The notes under the pieces are model-generated. The model was given only the letters and a program-made list of their open reading frames with translations, did not search any database and was not told the origin of the DNA. Made by a program: the position numbers and the translations under genes. A stretch of DNA of 58,533 nucleotides, counting the filler, from Jimgerdemannia flammicorona (Eukaryota): the NCBI GenBank assembly GCA_003990765.1. It is 3 parts of 3 records of this genome, joined end to end, with 100 filler letters (N's around TTAATTAATTAA, not from the genome) between each part and the next. Parts side by side here need not be neighbours in the genome. Positions count along the whole stretch, not along the records: positions 19,549 to 38,993 come from RBNJ01001937.1; positions 39,094 to 58,533 come from RBNJ01001938.1; 1 more part is not named here. The stretch is one strand, 5' to 3'. Below are positions 29,748 through 44,300 of this stretch, piece by piece. How positions within the stretch are numbered: the first letter of the stretch is position 1; each line of letters starts with the position of its first letter.

Positions 29748-32426
29748 TTGGGGGGAGGAGTGGATGGTGGCTGTGATGGGTTGGGTGGCAAAGTAACGCG
29801 TGAGTCACGTTATAGGTGACTCGCTTTAATCGGTGCTATCCACCTAAACCAATAAAGTTCCAACGTGTGCGCGGGGATACCACCTGCCACGATGACAAAG
29901 TAATTAATTACTACCGTAGTCGCAGGGGCTCCAGACCACCCGCCTACACAACGCCGACGTCGCATGAACACTACCACTTTGGGCATGTTCAATCAACGAC
30001 GACTTTGGAATTCTTCTCGGCTATCACAATTTTCTATAAACACACGAACAAAGTTTTTGCCCGCAGCCAGCTGGGTTCCTTGGAATTCGCGCCGTCGAAC
30101 CACGATCCTATTCTCCGATTCCTCCCAAAGAGATAAAATAAAAATAAATAAATAAACCTCCAGCTTTAGAGTGTTAGATGAAAATCCAGGATCGAATACA
30201 TTCCTCTTAATTATATTGAACGTATGTGACAAGATGTGGATCAATTAAGAGTTTGTGGCCATATCTTAGAGAAGTGTTCGAACCGCGTTTTGGAACCTCA
30301 ACATCAATTTGTCATCGCATTGAATCAAAGCCTTCGGGTCCAACTCACCGAACACACTGGGCTTTGCTATCCCCGAGTGAGCCATTTCGTCTTCCTCGCA
30401 TTTTTGTTATTTTCGCACAAGCAAAACATATCCCTTAATCCGTATCATCATGCCCCATCGTTCCCTCCCTTTGGCTAGTGTCGTCCTGTCTCGTTGCTCT
30501 CCCCTTGGCCTTTGTCGTCTTGTCTCGCCGTTTCTCTGGTGGCACAGCGACGGTAGCGCGGGTGCGAGGCTGTTGTGAATAATCGTAAGACGTAAGTCGC
30601 GTATTTCACGCGTTGACGTATATAAAACTGACGAAATGGCGTAAAGTCATATCGAGTTGCCATCCCAACAGAGGCCATTCATTATGTGTATGCTTTGTGA
30701 CAGCATGACGTTGCCGCTTCACAATATGGGGTTATTTTCGAACACTAAATACTGTATATCTCCTAGTTCAGCAAATATGATTAAGCACATGACACTCAAC
30801 AATCAACCATCCCATATATTCCCAAGCGCAGATCAAAATCCTTATTCATATCGATCAAGGAAGTATATATTGTAATATTTCAGTTGCAGTATAGTTTTTA
30901 CCGTAATATTCGGGATACAAGTGCCAAGTAGTCATAACGTTCCTGTCACCTCAAAGCAATATAACTCTCAACCACCGTAGTTCCTCGTCAAGACTCTACA
31001 AAGACAGAGTAATCCATTATTTCAACGTGGCGTGATGACTTTCAGGGATCAGAAAAATCTGTAATTTCAGCGATCGTAAAACAGCATCAGATTGCTCAGA
31101 TCATATTGTAGTGCAGCACCTTGAAATAAATATAATGAGTAGGAAAAAACAAAAGGGAGTTGCGGCGCCATGATGTTCTTTGAAAGCAAAATGAGTCGTT
31201 GCTTCGAATAGCGTCAAACGTACCGACAGCTTGCAAAACCGATGCAGCTGTGACGGTTGGAATTGGGGCTTAGGTAAAGAAGAAATGTTCTTTAGAGACA
31301 AATAATAGCAGGCAAATCACGATAGAACCCCTCTGTCTCCTGGGACAGACTTGTATTGGACCAAGTATTCAACCTGTCATTTATTCAAACCAAGTGCTGG
31401 GGTATCAAACGATAAGACGGCGCTATACTAAGGCTGACATGATTGAATATCGCAGTTGGGTAGGATTGTGACAGTGGCGTAGGATTGACGCAATTGAAAA
31501 GGTTGACTTGTAGTTACGTAGGGAGGGCTAGCCATAATACGAGCTGACTAAGATGGACTAACCTATACTAAGGCGGGCGGCCCGACTTAGGCGGACAGAC
31601 TATACTAAGGTTAGACTGACCGCCACACTACATAAATTTTTCCAGTATTTTAAGTTGTCGCGGTTGATATGGGCTGTAAGGAAGTGGGGTAAGGAAGTGG
31701 GAAATAAGACATGTGGCTCTATTAAGGGGAAAAGGTATGCGGGGTGGAAGGCTATGGAATTGTCTGGGGATGACTAAACACGTCGCCCGGACGTTGTCAA
31801 ATGCGTTGTTTCCCCACGCGGCTGTGGGAAAGCACCAGGTGCTGGTAAACTTCCATACATATAATCCCTCGATGGACATTGGCGCGTCAATGTATCGCGG
31901 AGAATTTTCGTCAAAAGCAATGAATCGTGGGTGCCATGTGCCTGGATCATCGGAATTTTCTATTCAACGATAGGGCCGGCATCGGGGCATTACCATACTT
32001 GGGTCGAGGCGTGTCCCACCTTATTCGCACGCAACCCAGTGTCCTGGTATGTATTCCTGTAATTACGTAGGAACATCCTATGGACGAGACAGCATCTGGG
32101 CATTTGAAGTCCGCTTGGGGCTTGCGAGACGTGTAGTTCTTTTTTAGTACATATAATTAGCAATATGACCGCGGCATGCGAATCTCGGGACCAACTCAAT
32201 TAAAATCATTTGATCACATCGTGTAACAGGGATTATCATTTTGGGATATAGTAATGAAATCGAATGTGGATATGTGGATGATACAAAGATATCAAAGTTT
32301 GAAGCAGAAAATGTTCATGTAGGTTGGCAATCATAGCTCCCAGTTACAATGATAACAATTATATGTAAATAAAATACATCGATATTACACCCAGATAAAT
32401 ATATACAAAACCCGTCTCCTAACACA

Positions 32427-33514
32427 TCACCTTCCCTCATTCAACGGCTTTCTTCCGTATGCGTACGGCGCATTCGTATAGCATCTACAGGCTCCATAGT
32501 CCTCATGGAACTGCCCAGCCAGATCCGCGTAGTCGTCTTCCCCTATTCCCAACACCGGCATGATCGACGGCTTCAGCGCATCCATCAGGAACGACATGTT
32601 CCGTTGCAGCAGAACCCCAGGTCGACCCCTCCACCCTATTGGGCACGAAATATAGTCGGCTGCCACGCCCGTGAACCCGTTATCCGTCAAGAGAGAGCCG
32701 AGCCTTGTCGGGTATTCGATGTCGATACCACGGGAGAGGGTTGTTGTGCGGACTATTGTGTGGGAGAGAGGGAAATAGGAATGAGATACGGAATTTGAGG
32801 AATAGGCCAGTGGGGAAGACGGAATTGTCATTTGAATACATTATACATACGAGCGTCGTAGAACCGACTATACCCCGGTGGCCCGTTGATGAAGTTAAAA
32901 CTCCCCTCGATGAGCTCCAGCCAGCCCCCCGGCTTCGTCACCCTCGCAAGCTCGTGTATCGCCGCCACCCAGTCGTTCTTCGTAAAGCTTAGGAAGAGAA
33001 ACCGCTGGTAGACAAAATCGAACTCCCCGTCAGCGAACGGTAGGCCCTCGACGGTGTCCGCGGTGATGAATGTCAGGTTCGGCGGCAGGCCCACAAACTT
33101 CGGAACAACATCTGGCAGCTCCGTCGCGATGAAGGTCGACCTCGGGTATTCCTTGGCCATCTCGATGCTCCACCGTCCGCTGCCGCAGCCGGCGTCCAAA
33201 ACGGTGATGCCCTTCTCCAGGAGCTCCTCGACGGGGGAGTTGAAGTTGCCCTGCAGAAGATAGCTGGAAGATCGAGCGAAGAAGGAAGATGAGGCGGACG
33301 ACCGACAGTCGAGAAACACACAAACTCACATAGATGTCAACTTAGCAACTTACCGTGCCATATAGTGTTGATAATCCAACCTATTGATCTCGTCCTCGTC
33401 ACACGGCAGAACGTGACTTGTATTCCCGCGCGACCTGAACTTGCGATCCTGAATGATTTTGAACCCTGGTGGACATGAAGTGTTCCTCCCTTCTTTTGGG
33501 TTAGTGTCGGTCAT
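32427..33514 (-). CDS. Class I SAM-dependent methyltransferase paralog, 3 exons
   Basis: Exons 33514-33354, 33263-32851, 32752-32427 with GT-AG introns in frame. Motifs: LPCDEDEINRLDYQHY, VLDAGCGSGRW, GLPFADGEFDFVYQR, RVTKPGGWLEL, YGRKP. Confidence 0.92.
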
Positions 33515-34038
33515 CGGCTTTGACAATTAGCTCCGCGAGAAAGTTGTAAAATGTAGGAAGAATGAACTCTTGTCACGTAGGCAATTATTTATGAATAGCT
33601 CGTTACACAATCACTTCTCTCCGTATGCTGAACTCGTCACCACGCACCGTGTGCAACGCGCGTCGTGTCCAATACCAGCAGAGGTCGGAACCTTATCATT
33701 TTGGGGTTTGTCTAAAGCGTATACAGTCACAACTCGGCCGCACCTAAAATTAGCCATACCTAAAATTAACTGTAGGCAATGACAATTGCCTTTCGAGCCT
33801 AATAAGTGAAAATTAAGCGACCCACACACAATGATATTTAAAAGAGAATATAATGAAAAAACCATTTTAACTGTTAGTCTGTATTATAGGAAAATTTTCC
33901 TACAAAAAAAAAAAAAAAAATTATATAAAATTTTTAATAATTCTTTTACTAACTCATTTTTGGATTTTTTTTTCAATATTTCTCACTTTTTTTCAAAAAT
34001 AAATAAATAAAAAACAATTTTAGTATCATTATTATTAA

Positions 34039-34057
34039 TATATATATATATATATAT

Positions 34058-34092
<35 letters not shown>
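34039..34092. repeat. Compound (TA)n(GA)n microsatellite in AT-rich relic DNA
   Basis: Direct reading. Confidence 0.85.
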
Positions 34093-34095
<3 letters not shown>

Positions 34096-34540
34096 ATCTA
34101 TATCAAATTATAGATAATTAATTAAAAATATTATAAAACTATTTATACTAAGCTATATTAATTCAATACTATAATTAAGTTGTTTATAAAATTAGTAACC
34201 TTTATAGTTTATTGGTATTGATTTATTAATTGTTTTAATATCTTTAAAAATATTAGTTAATGAGATTTTAATTATATAAAAGATAAAACTACTCTCTTAA
34301 AATTAGTATATTTCTTATTATTAATCTTAAATTAAAATTAAATAAGTATTAAAATTAAATACTTTAAATAAATATTAAATCAACTTATTAATTAACTTAT
34401 AAGTAACTAAAATAATAAACTTTAGTTTACTATAATGTAATAAAACTATATACTGATAGAATTACTTCATTATAGATAATTAAGATGACTATTAGTCTTA
34501 AATTCCAAGTTCTTGAGAAAACACTGAGTTCTGAATTGCC

Positions 34541-37500
34541 TGTTATAGCAAAGTCCAAGTATTGCTTTTAGGTTTTGATCAGGTATAAGATACCATACTT
34601 ATATCCTAAGTTAATCAGACTTAGAATTGTTAATAAGTCAGATCTGAGATTTTTATAGTAAGAATACTACTTTATTCTTATGTTCAGAGAAAGTAGAGCT
34701 GAGATTGTAATTTACTCAGTATATAGAGTATTTATATATATTCAAAGCTATAACTAAATATAGTATACTAGGTATGTCTATATATAGTTATACTACTTTG
34801 GGTAACTATGACTACTAGTCAGAAATTCTATAGAAAATTTCATAGGAATTTATATAGAAATTTTTGCTAGAAATTCCAGAGACTTGTAACAATTCATTAT
34901 ATTCTTCTCTTCTTTGCTTGAGCCTACTCATTAGACTTAGCACTAAACTTTAGATATTTATCAAACTGAAAAACAGTATACTAGACTACTTGAAAAATGA
35001 TTTCACTCTATTATTCATCACTCAGATTAATAATATTCTCAGAAGATACTCTACAGAGGTGGTTAAGGACTTAGAGTTAAATGTAGAAGAGAATGTAGAG
35101 TCTTTTAATAACTATGTAAGTATGATAGTTGATGAAGAGATAGGCTCATTGTTTAGTAGTACTGAGGGTAGCTTGTTGATAGATAAGGTATCTTATCTTA
35201 TAGTACTTTTTGGATTCTTGTTGATATTGGAAGATCTAGAAATGCTATATTCTTTTAAGATATTATTGGGCTTCATTTGGGTCTGGGTCTTTAGAGATAT
35301 TTATATTAATAGATAGTAGTTCAGTAGAGTTTCATTAGTATTTAATTACTCTAAGAACTGCAGTAGCAATCTTATTCCTAACTTGTTCTCAGTATTATTG
35401 CTGGGTGCTTGGAGGAGGTGAGTTATCTTATGCAGGGTTATATTAGGATACTTATACTTCTTTTTCACTGAGGTTATTCAGAGATATAACTGTCTTTTGG
35501 AAATTCTATTGAAATTTCCATTATATTAGATATCTGTATCAGATTACTGTTTCTTTTATATTTAGCAATAGGTTGTCTTCTTTTTTTCAAGTAGTATTAT
35601 ATTCAGAATATCCTTTCCATTTTATGAGATAGTACTGGGTGGGCTTGGCAGCTCTTTCAAATTGATAATCCTTGTGATCTAGAATATGGTCAACTTTATA
35701 TTCTGACTATTGATCAATAATTATTAAACCTGGAGATAGCATAGTTCTTTCTTTGAAAGTATTTAAGATATATAGCTGAAGTTGAGATATATAGAATATT
35801 AGATGAATTCTTCCTAGTATTATTAGGAGATTTAACTTATATAACAGATTTATATTTTTTAAGAATTTTGAATGGTCCAATATAGTATAGTCTAGTTTCT
35901 TTTTTAGACCTATATTGCTTGTTAGATACTAAATACTGAGTAATACTTATTCTTCTTTTTTGTAAATGACTTTCCTTTTATTCTTATCAGTATATACTAT
36001 TTGTATTCTTTGTACTTCTATGAGAGTATCTTATACTTACTGAATATTACCTTATATAGTATCAGTAATTCCTTATGCTGCTAGTACTGTAGTTTGGATA
36101 GCAACTGTTGGAATTTATAGATATTGTCTATGGTGAAGTAGAATAGTGTTATCTTGATACTTATACTTGAGCTATTATTATAGATGAATTTAGCTAGAGT
36201 TAGCTTTTTGTCTCAATCATTTTGTTTGTAGCCACAGTAGATACTAAGTATTTATTTTAGGATTCAATTAATTCTTTCTATCTAGTTATTTGTTTATAGG
36301 TAGTATGCTGTAGACATTTTCAGTTATACTCCTAGACTCTTGAAGAGTATTTTCCAAAAGTTACTTGTGAACTTTGTATTTTGATCTGAGATAATTACTG
36401 ATAATAGTCTATGAAGGTAGAATATATTATTGATGAGTAGCTGAGCTATTTTTAGTACTGTTGCTGTGGTAGTTATTATAATAAAGTGAGTCTGCTTGCT
36501 GAGATAATTGATGAAGATAATAATTACATCTCTTTCCTTTTTAGTTTTTAGTAACTAAACAATGAAGTCCATTCTAATATAGTCCTAATTTTGAGTAGAA
36601 ATTGGTAGCAGTTGTAGAGTTCCAGCTGATACTTAATTGCTGAGCTTATACCTTTGGCAAATATTACAAGATACAATATAGTTCTTAATATTAGATATCA
36701 TTTTGAGCCAGTAGAAGTCTCAGGCAATATATTGATATATCTTATCAAAATTCATATATTTAGCTATAGGTATATATATCATAAAGTTCTTATAGGATTT
36801 ATAAATAGATGGGGGGTATCAAGGATCTAAATTCTTATATTATCAAGATACATATATCTATTTTGAACTGATATATTTTTATAGACTTTCTTCATGATAT
36901 TGTTGCCTTCTTCAAGGTTTTGTCTGGTAATTTTTTATATATTAGCATTCTTGGTATACTCCTTTTTAATCTTCTCAAATAGGCTAGTGATAATATTGCT
37001 AATTACTGTAAGATTATCTTTCTGTATACTTCAAGAGAGTGCATTAGCTATCTTATTCTTGGTTCTAGCAATGTGCTTGATTTTAATATTGAAGAATATA
37101 AGAATCTGCATCCATCAGATCTGTCTTTTAGTAAGGATTAGCTATGTCTGGACATATTAGAGTGTCTGATAGTTAGACTATAAAGTGAACTTTTTGTTAA
37201 GAAGAAAATATCATCATACTTATAGAGATCAGATGATAGTGAGGAGTTCTTTATCTTGTATTGTGTAGTTCCTTTTATACTTATTGAGTTTCTGAGATAG
37301 ATAGGTAATAGAGTATTTATATTATATTAGGATAGCTCTAATGATAATATTTGAGATATTAGTAGTAACTACAAAGGATCCTGTAGAGTTAGAGCTGATC
37401 AGAATCAGTATATCTGTCAGCATTCTCTTGAGGGTATTCATGACTAGAGTATATACTTCTGTTTATTCTTTTTTGATATTGGCTCCTTTTTTAATAAAAC

Positions 37501-38979
37501 TTATAAGTAGGGCAGTAATTGTGGAGAATTCTTAGATAAATCTCTGATAATATTCTGCTAGTCTATTGAATCCTCATAAAGACTTGAGAGTTTTTAAGAT
37601 GGGCCAATTATAGATTGTTTGAGTCTTTTTGGGGTCAATAACAATACTGTTTTCTAAGATAATATAGCCTAAGTATTTGATTTTCTTCTTGAAAAAGTGA
37701 TATTTCTTTCTTTTTATAAGAGCTTGTATTTTTGAAGTATGTTAAAAACTATTTATAAATATTGTTGATATATAATATTACTTGTACTATATCAGAATAT
37801 CATCTAGATAGACCAGAATAAATACTCTAAGATATTTTTGAAAAATATTATTCATTAGTATCTAGAAGGTTACTAGTATATTGGTAAGATCAAATAGTAT
37901 TATACAAAATTCATAATGTCCAAATCTTATTTAAAAGACTGTCTTGAGAATATTTTCTTTTTTGATACATATTTAGTAGTATCTAGATATAAGGTCAATA
38001 AATGAGAAGGTCTTGGTCTTATACACTTGGTTAAGTAATTCATCAATTCTTAGAAGTATATATTAGTTCTTGATAGAGATCCTGTTGAGTACTTGGTAAT
38101 TAATATATATGTAGAGCCTTCTATCCTTCTTACAGATAAAGAGAATTGGTGTACCATATAGTGATTTTGATGAATGGATGAGATCTTTGCATATTAGTTC
38201 TACTAATTGTTCCTTGAGAGTCTCTAGTTTAGGTTGAACTAATTGGTAGATTCTGTGATAAGGAGGGTCAGAACTGAGAATAGTTTCAATACTATATTCT
38301 ACTACTCAAACTGGTGGCAGTTTCTGAGATTTCTGAAAGATATCTTTATAATTCTTGAGTAATTCTTAGAGGTTGTCTTCTTTATCATCCTTATTCTTCA
38401 GAAGTTCAAAGAGTTCTTCATCATCCTCTTCTAGGATCTTCTTAACTATACATATATAGATATACTGGTCTGGTTTTAAATTAGCTTCTTCATTTGAATA
38501 GCAGAGATAATATCATATCTAGGCTTTGATTTCTTCTTGATATACTCAGGTTGTAACTTAATATCTCCTAGGGAAATAGTATTAGTTCACCAATCAATGT
38601 AGGGATTTTCCTGAGTGAGCCAGGATTTTCCAAGAATGAGATTGTATCCAGAAAGATGTGTAATGTAGAAAGTTTATCTTATAGTATAGTTTCTAAGTTA
38701 TAGAAGTGCATTCTTGCATATCTTGGAGAGTTTCTATATTACTCCATTACTGAATATAGTAATGTTTCCTTCTGAATTTCTTTGTATCTTAAGGTTGAAT
38801 TTATTGGTAGTTTCTTGATTGAGATAATATTTACTTGCCCTACTGTTAATCAAGACTTCAACAGTATTTCCTTTAATTTTTCCTTATAGATATATACATT
38901 CTGTATCAGTCTCTTATCTGACAGTGATTGTTTCTGGGGTAGTTTCTTCTTTCCAATCTTATACTTCTCCATCTTCATC
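34541..38979 (-). mobile_element. Chromovirus-type Ty3/gypsy element D (PR-RT-RH-IN-chromodomain, LTR-like end), heavily mutated
   Basis: Minus strand: protease-like LINSRAS (~38840), RT (YLDD at ~37800), RNaseH, integrase ending in GPFKI (~35870), chromodomain EYKVDHILDH...YYLIKWKGY (~35600-35710). LTR-like segment TGTTA...TAACA at 34541-34891. Confidence 0.85.
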
Positions 38980-39862
38980 ATTTTTTTTTTTTTNNNNNNN
39001 NNNNNNNNNNNNNNNNNNNNNNNNNNNNNNNNNNNNNTTAATTAATTAANNNNNNNNNNNNNNNNNNNNNNNNNNNNNNNNNNNNNNNNNNNNCCCCCCC
39101 TACCCCTTCTCTGTGAAAGACCACTTTGTCGAACACTATCCCCACCCTCCCACTACTCTGCTCACAGATCCTTACCACCAAACTGTGACGTCGTCCCCCC
39201 TGAGGACCCCAACCCACCCACCATCCAGTCAGCAGATCCCCCACCAGCTCCTCCCACCTTAATACTTTCTCTTGCAGCCCCAACTGCTGCCCCTCCTCAA
39301 ATACAAAAAGTCAATATCCTGCCAATCCCACCCATACTGCTAACACCCACCCTACAGTGAGCCAACTATCCCCCACCCCACCCACTAGCTGAGATCTTAA
39401 GTCCTCCCAGCGACCCCCCTCCCCCACCAGCCAACACTCCACACCCAGTCTATCCCCTATCTCAGCCCAAAATTCCCCCAAGACTGCACACTCTCTCAGC
39501 CAATATTCTGGTATCTGTATATGACCCCCAGCTTGCCCAACATCATAACACTCCTTGCAGTCAAATTGTCTACCCTCTACTAAATACTCCAAGCAGAAAT
39601 TCAGCATGACATTCCTCCACAACATTCTCCACCATACCACCCAGAACTTGGGAGGAAGCTACCTCTGTACCTCTGCACTCTAAGACCAGATGCCTACTCA
39701 GTCCCACTCCTCTCCAATTCCAACCACCTGCCAGCCACTTGGCCAAAGATCCTGGCCAAGCCCCTGCTGACACTCCACTCTCTCCCCAATATTGAATGTA
39801 GCCAGTGGAGTACCCCCCAGGAGCAGTCTATCCCAATGCCACATATTAGGCCCCCATGCCAC
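38980..39862 (-). mobile_element. L1/Tx1-like fragment (same family as 19549-21058), spanning the gap
   Basis: 39094-39862 is the reverse complement of ~20150-20910 with transitions. Poly(T) at 38980-38993 fits its tail. Confidence 0.85.
38994..39093. other. Assembly gap/linker (44N-TTAATTAATTAA-44N)
   Basis: Artificial spacer. Confidence 0.97.
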
Positions 39863-41357
39863 CCTGGAATAGTCTTGATGGCATGGTCTACTACTCATTT
39901 GGGAGGTAGGCCTTTTGGGAGTTTCTTTGGGAATATGTCTCAGAATTTCTAAAGTAGTGATCTGACATAGCTGTCAACTTTGGAAAAGTCTTCTTCAGAG
40001 TTCTCGGGTTCTCCTTTGGATGGGCAGATGGAGATAGCAAAGAGAGGGCATTTCTTGGCCAATTTCTTGAGTTGTAGCTTGTTGATGTAAGTGATCTTTG
40101 GTCCAGTATCACAGGAGTTGAGTGGGTTCTTTTCACTTTATAGTTTGAAGTTATGGCATCCTTTCTTAATAATCAGAGAATGATTTACCCAATCAATCAT
40201 GAGGTTCTCTTGTTTCAACCATAAGGTTCCAAGGATGATTTCATTGTCAGGAAGTGGTACAATCTGGAGGGTAACATGTACTCAGTAGTCACCAATTTGG
40301 AAGGATAGGTTGCAGACTTCCTTGCTGATAATATGTGAGGTTCTATTGGCTGTAGTAACTGCTTGAGTTTGTTGTATTGGGGAGGTGAAGACCTTGAGTC
40401 TGTTGGCTATTTCTTCATTGATGAAGTTGCCTGAGACACTACTGTCTATCATAATTTTGACAGGTACTTGATTGACAAAAGCTTGAAGTATAAGCAGTTT
40501 GTCTGATCCAATGGTGGGAATTTCGGTTATAGGAGCTTTTCTTCTATTGATTCTTCTTTGAGCCAGTTTATTGACATAAGAGAAGCAATCATCAATCATA
40601 TGAGAAGAGTACATTCCAATGCCATGGGGGTACCAGCCACTTAGTACATATCTGTCTTCGATTTTCTTATAGAATTATTCTTCCTTGCTTATGGTAGGTT
40701 GGGCTGGGGCCTTATTTGATGAGCTAAATCTTTTGGATCCTCAGATGGTGGCAGTAGTTCAGAAACTTCCTTGACTATCAGGGTTGACTTGATCTTCTCA
40801 AATAGGATCTGGGCAATACAGAAACCAATAAGGATCTTGAAGGGTGTCCAACTGTGGTTTTGGATGAGGATAATAATTTTGCCTGTATAATCTTCATCAA
40901 TAACTCCTCCTTCTACTGAGAGTCCTTTCAATGCTAGGCTGCTGTGACAGCATATTCTTCCAACATATCCTTCAGGAATTTGGATGCTGATTCCTATGTA
41001 GACTTGCTTGACTTCTCAGTTGGAAACTGTAGCTTCTTCGGCTACATACAGGTCATATCCAGCTGCTCTTTGACTTCCTTTGGTTGGGGCCTTGGCAGTT
41101 TGCCTTAACTTGATAAAGTCTAGTGTTCTGGTGGTCAGGTTGTTGAGGTGGTGCAGAGTGGTAACAGTTGCTCATATTGCTGTTCAGGGTTTTTGGTTAG
41201 AGCAGGCACTGGCCATGTATCCTATCTTTCGGCAATAGAAGCATGCTCTGCTTCTTTGAAGTTCATTTCTTTCTCCTTCAGTGAGTTTCTTGAAGATACT
41301 CAGCTGGATGGGTTTATGATTTCTGGGTGTCCAAGAGGTGGATGTGGAGGGGGCTCA

Positions 41358-44300
41358 TATAAGAGGGTTGCTTTTTAGGGTAACCATTATATAGTTCTGA
41401 AAGGGTTTTCTGGAAGTTCTAGATATTCTGGAAGACTGTTTTCTTATGGTCAAGATCAATTTCATATAGAGTACATCCTCTATGCTTATTGATTTCAAGA
41501 TTGAGTTGATGTCTCAACCAAAGTCCTTTTTTCGAACTAGTTCTGGATATTCAGGATTTTCTGTATTTCAGAAAGTTTAAGAAACTAAGACCAGCTTAGT
41601 TGAATTGGCATATCGCTGCAGACAATACCCAATTAGAAAATTTCATGATAGAGTTAGGAGTAGGACCTAATGGGGAGCAGGTTTACTTAAGAGTAGTTTG
41701 TGGGTTATTAAATAGGTTTATTTACTATTCATGATATTGCTATACTAGGAGTAGTTGTATAAAGGGATATTGTGGGGAAGTGCTTAGGAGTTGTGTTCAG
41801 ATTGTTCAAGTGTTCAAGTCTGAGATTCTGAGGTCTGAGGGAGAGGGTATTTATATTAGTGAGGGGCTATCTGGACTATACTAGATATAGATGTAGCATT
41901 AAGTGTCTTACTGAGTCAGAATGCAGTTATATAGTACAAGTGTGATCTGATATATCAAGAGATCATCTGACTACTGAGTCAGTTCACAGTCATATCATAT
42001 AAGGCTAATCTAACTATACTATGACTGCTAAGCTATTTATAGGTTTAGACACTATCTGGGTAGTCTTTGATGACATCACTATTGATAACATCATTGCTGG
42101 CAAAGTCTGAGCAGTTTTCTGACTTCTGACATCATCAGTTTCAAGGTGTCATCACTTCTATCTCTTGCAAGATTAAGGCTGTTCTTGGTGGCAGTAGTTG
42201 TATAAGGATAACAGGTCTTGGTTCTTTTTTTTTTTAGTCTGCTGGTATATTTGCAAGAACTGACCATTCTTGTCTAGGGTGAGGGCTCCCAATGTTGCGA
42301 CTGGGGGTTTGAACCTCTCGAAAATGATATTTTCTGTAATCTGAGGCAATTTATAGTAGTAATATCTATCATGTGGATGGCTTGAGATTGATTTCGATGA
42401 TGTTGGCTTTTTTGAGTTTAGATGAAGCATCCATCACTCTCTAATAGAGGTAATACAGATAGAGCAAACAGAGTTGTTCAAATGTATTTTGCTTTTGCTA
42501 AGTAATGAGGTCTTGTATAGTTGTAGTGTATTCTGGTCTTGAGTTAATAAGTATAGTTCATGAACCTTTTGGTAGATGAGATAGGGTTCTTCTTGTCTCG
42601 ATTTGAGTTTGGTACTTTCAGTTTCCTTTTATAATAGTACAGTATACTATAACTAGTTATAGTGGTTCAGAGTTAGTCTTGTAGTTATAGTACTTCTTCT
42701 AGTATTCTTGTATCTTGGTAGTGGGTTCTCATACTTGCTGGTATATTTCATATAACCAGATGATCTCTTCAGTAACTTGTTTTGTAGTCTCACATGTAGT
42801 TTTCAAATTAGTTCTGAGGATGCTATGCAATTTTGGTGGCTTGGAAGTTGTGTGCTTACAACTCTCCCCTTTTTAGCTTTTGACATCCTTGTCAGGGCTT
42901 TCTAATTTGTTCTGGTGTTGTTGTACCATTTGGATGGTTCTTGTGGCTATATTTGTTGAGGATTTGTTCAACTTTGTATTCTTCTTGGTCATTAATAATG
43001 ACAGATACAGGTAGTTCTGTGGTTTGGTTCAGAAATGTGTCTTGGGCTTTCTAGAGTAGTGGTCTGACATGGCTGTCAACTTTGGAAAAATCTTCTTCAG
43101 AGTTCTCAGGTTCTCCTTTAGATGGGCGGATGAAGATGGCAAAGAGAGGGCATTTCTTGGCCAATTTCGTAAGTTGTAGCTTGTTGATGTGGGTGATCTT
43201 TGGTCCAGAGTTACTAGAACTGAGTGGGTCCTTTTTACCTTGCAGTTTGAAGTTATGGCATCCTTTCTTGATGGTCAGAGAATGGTTTACCCAATCGATC
43301 ATGGGGTTCTCTTGTTTCAGCCATGGGATTCCAAGAATGATTTCATTGTCAGGAAGTGGTACAATTTGGAGGGTAATATGTACTTGGTAGTCTCTAATTC
43401 AGAAGAGTAGATTGCAGACTTTCTTACTAATAACATGTGAGGTTCCATCAGCTATGGTGACTGCTTGAGTTTGTTATACCAGAGAGGTGAAGACCTTAAG
43501 TCTGTTGGCTGTCTCTTCATTGATGAAGTTGCCTGAGGCACTACTGTCTATCATAATCTTGACAGGTGCTTGGTTGACAAAAGCTTTAAGAGTAAGCAGT
43601 TTGTCTGATCCAATGGTGGTGATTTTGGTTGTAGGAGCTTTCCTTCTGTTGGTTCTTCTTTGAGCCAGTTCATTGATATAAGAGAAGCAATCATCAATCA
43701 TTTGGGAAGAGTACATTCTAATGCCATGGGGGCATCAGCCACTTGGTACATATCTGTCTTCGATTTTCTTATAGAATTGTTCTTCTTTGTTTGTAGTAGG
43801 TTGGGCTGAGACCTTGTTTGATGAGCCAAATTCTTTGGATCCTTGGATGGTGGGCAGTAGTTTAGGGACTTCCTTGACTGTCAGGGTTGATTCGATTTTT
43901 TTGAATAGAATCTGTACAATGCAGAAACCAATAGGGATCTTGAAGGGTATCCAACTGTGGTTTCGGATGAGGACAATAATTTCACCTGTATAATCTTCAT
44001 CAATGACTCCTCCTTCTACTGAGAGTTCTTTCAATGCTAAGCTGCTGTGACAGCATATTCTTCCAATATGTCCTTCAGGAATTTGGATACTGATTTCTGT
44101 ATAGACTTGCTTGACTTCTCAGTTGGAAACTGTAGCTTCTTTGGCTGCATACAGGTCATATCCAGCTGCTTTTTGACTTCCTTTGGTTGGGGTCTTAGCT
44201 GTTTGTCTTAACTTGACAAAGTCCAGTATTCTGGTGGTCAGGTTATTGAGGTGATACAGAGTGGTAACAGTTGCTCATGTTGCTGTTCAGAGTTTTTAGT

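Noticed and set aside
29036..29819. Several overlapping Arg/Pro-rich ORFs
   Set aside because: Alternative frames of the GC-rich hydrolase gene.
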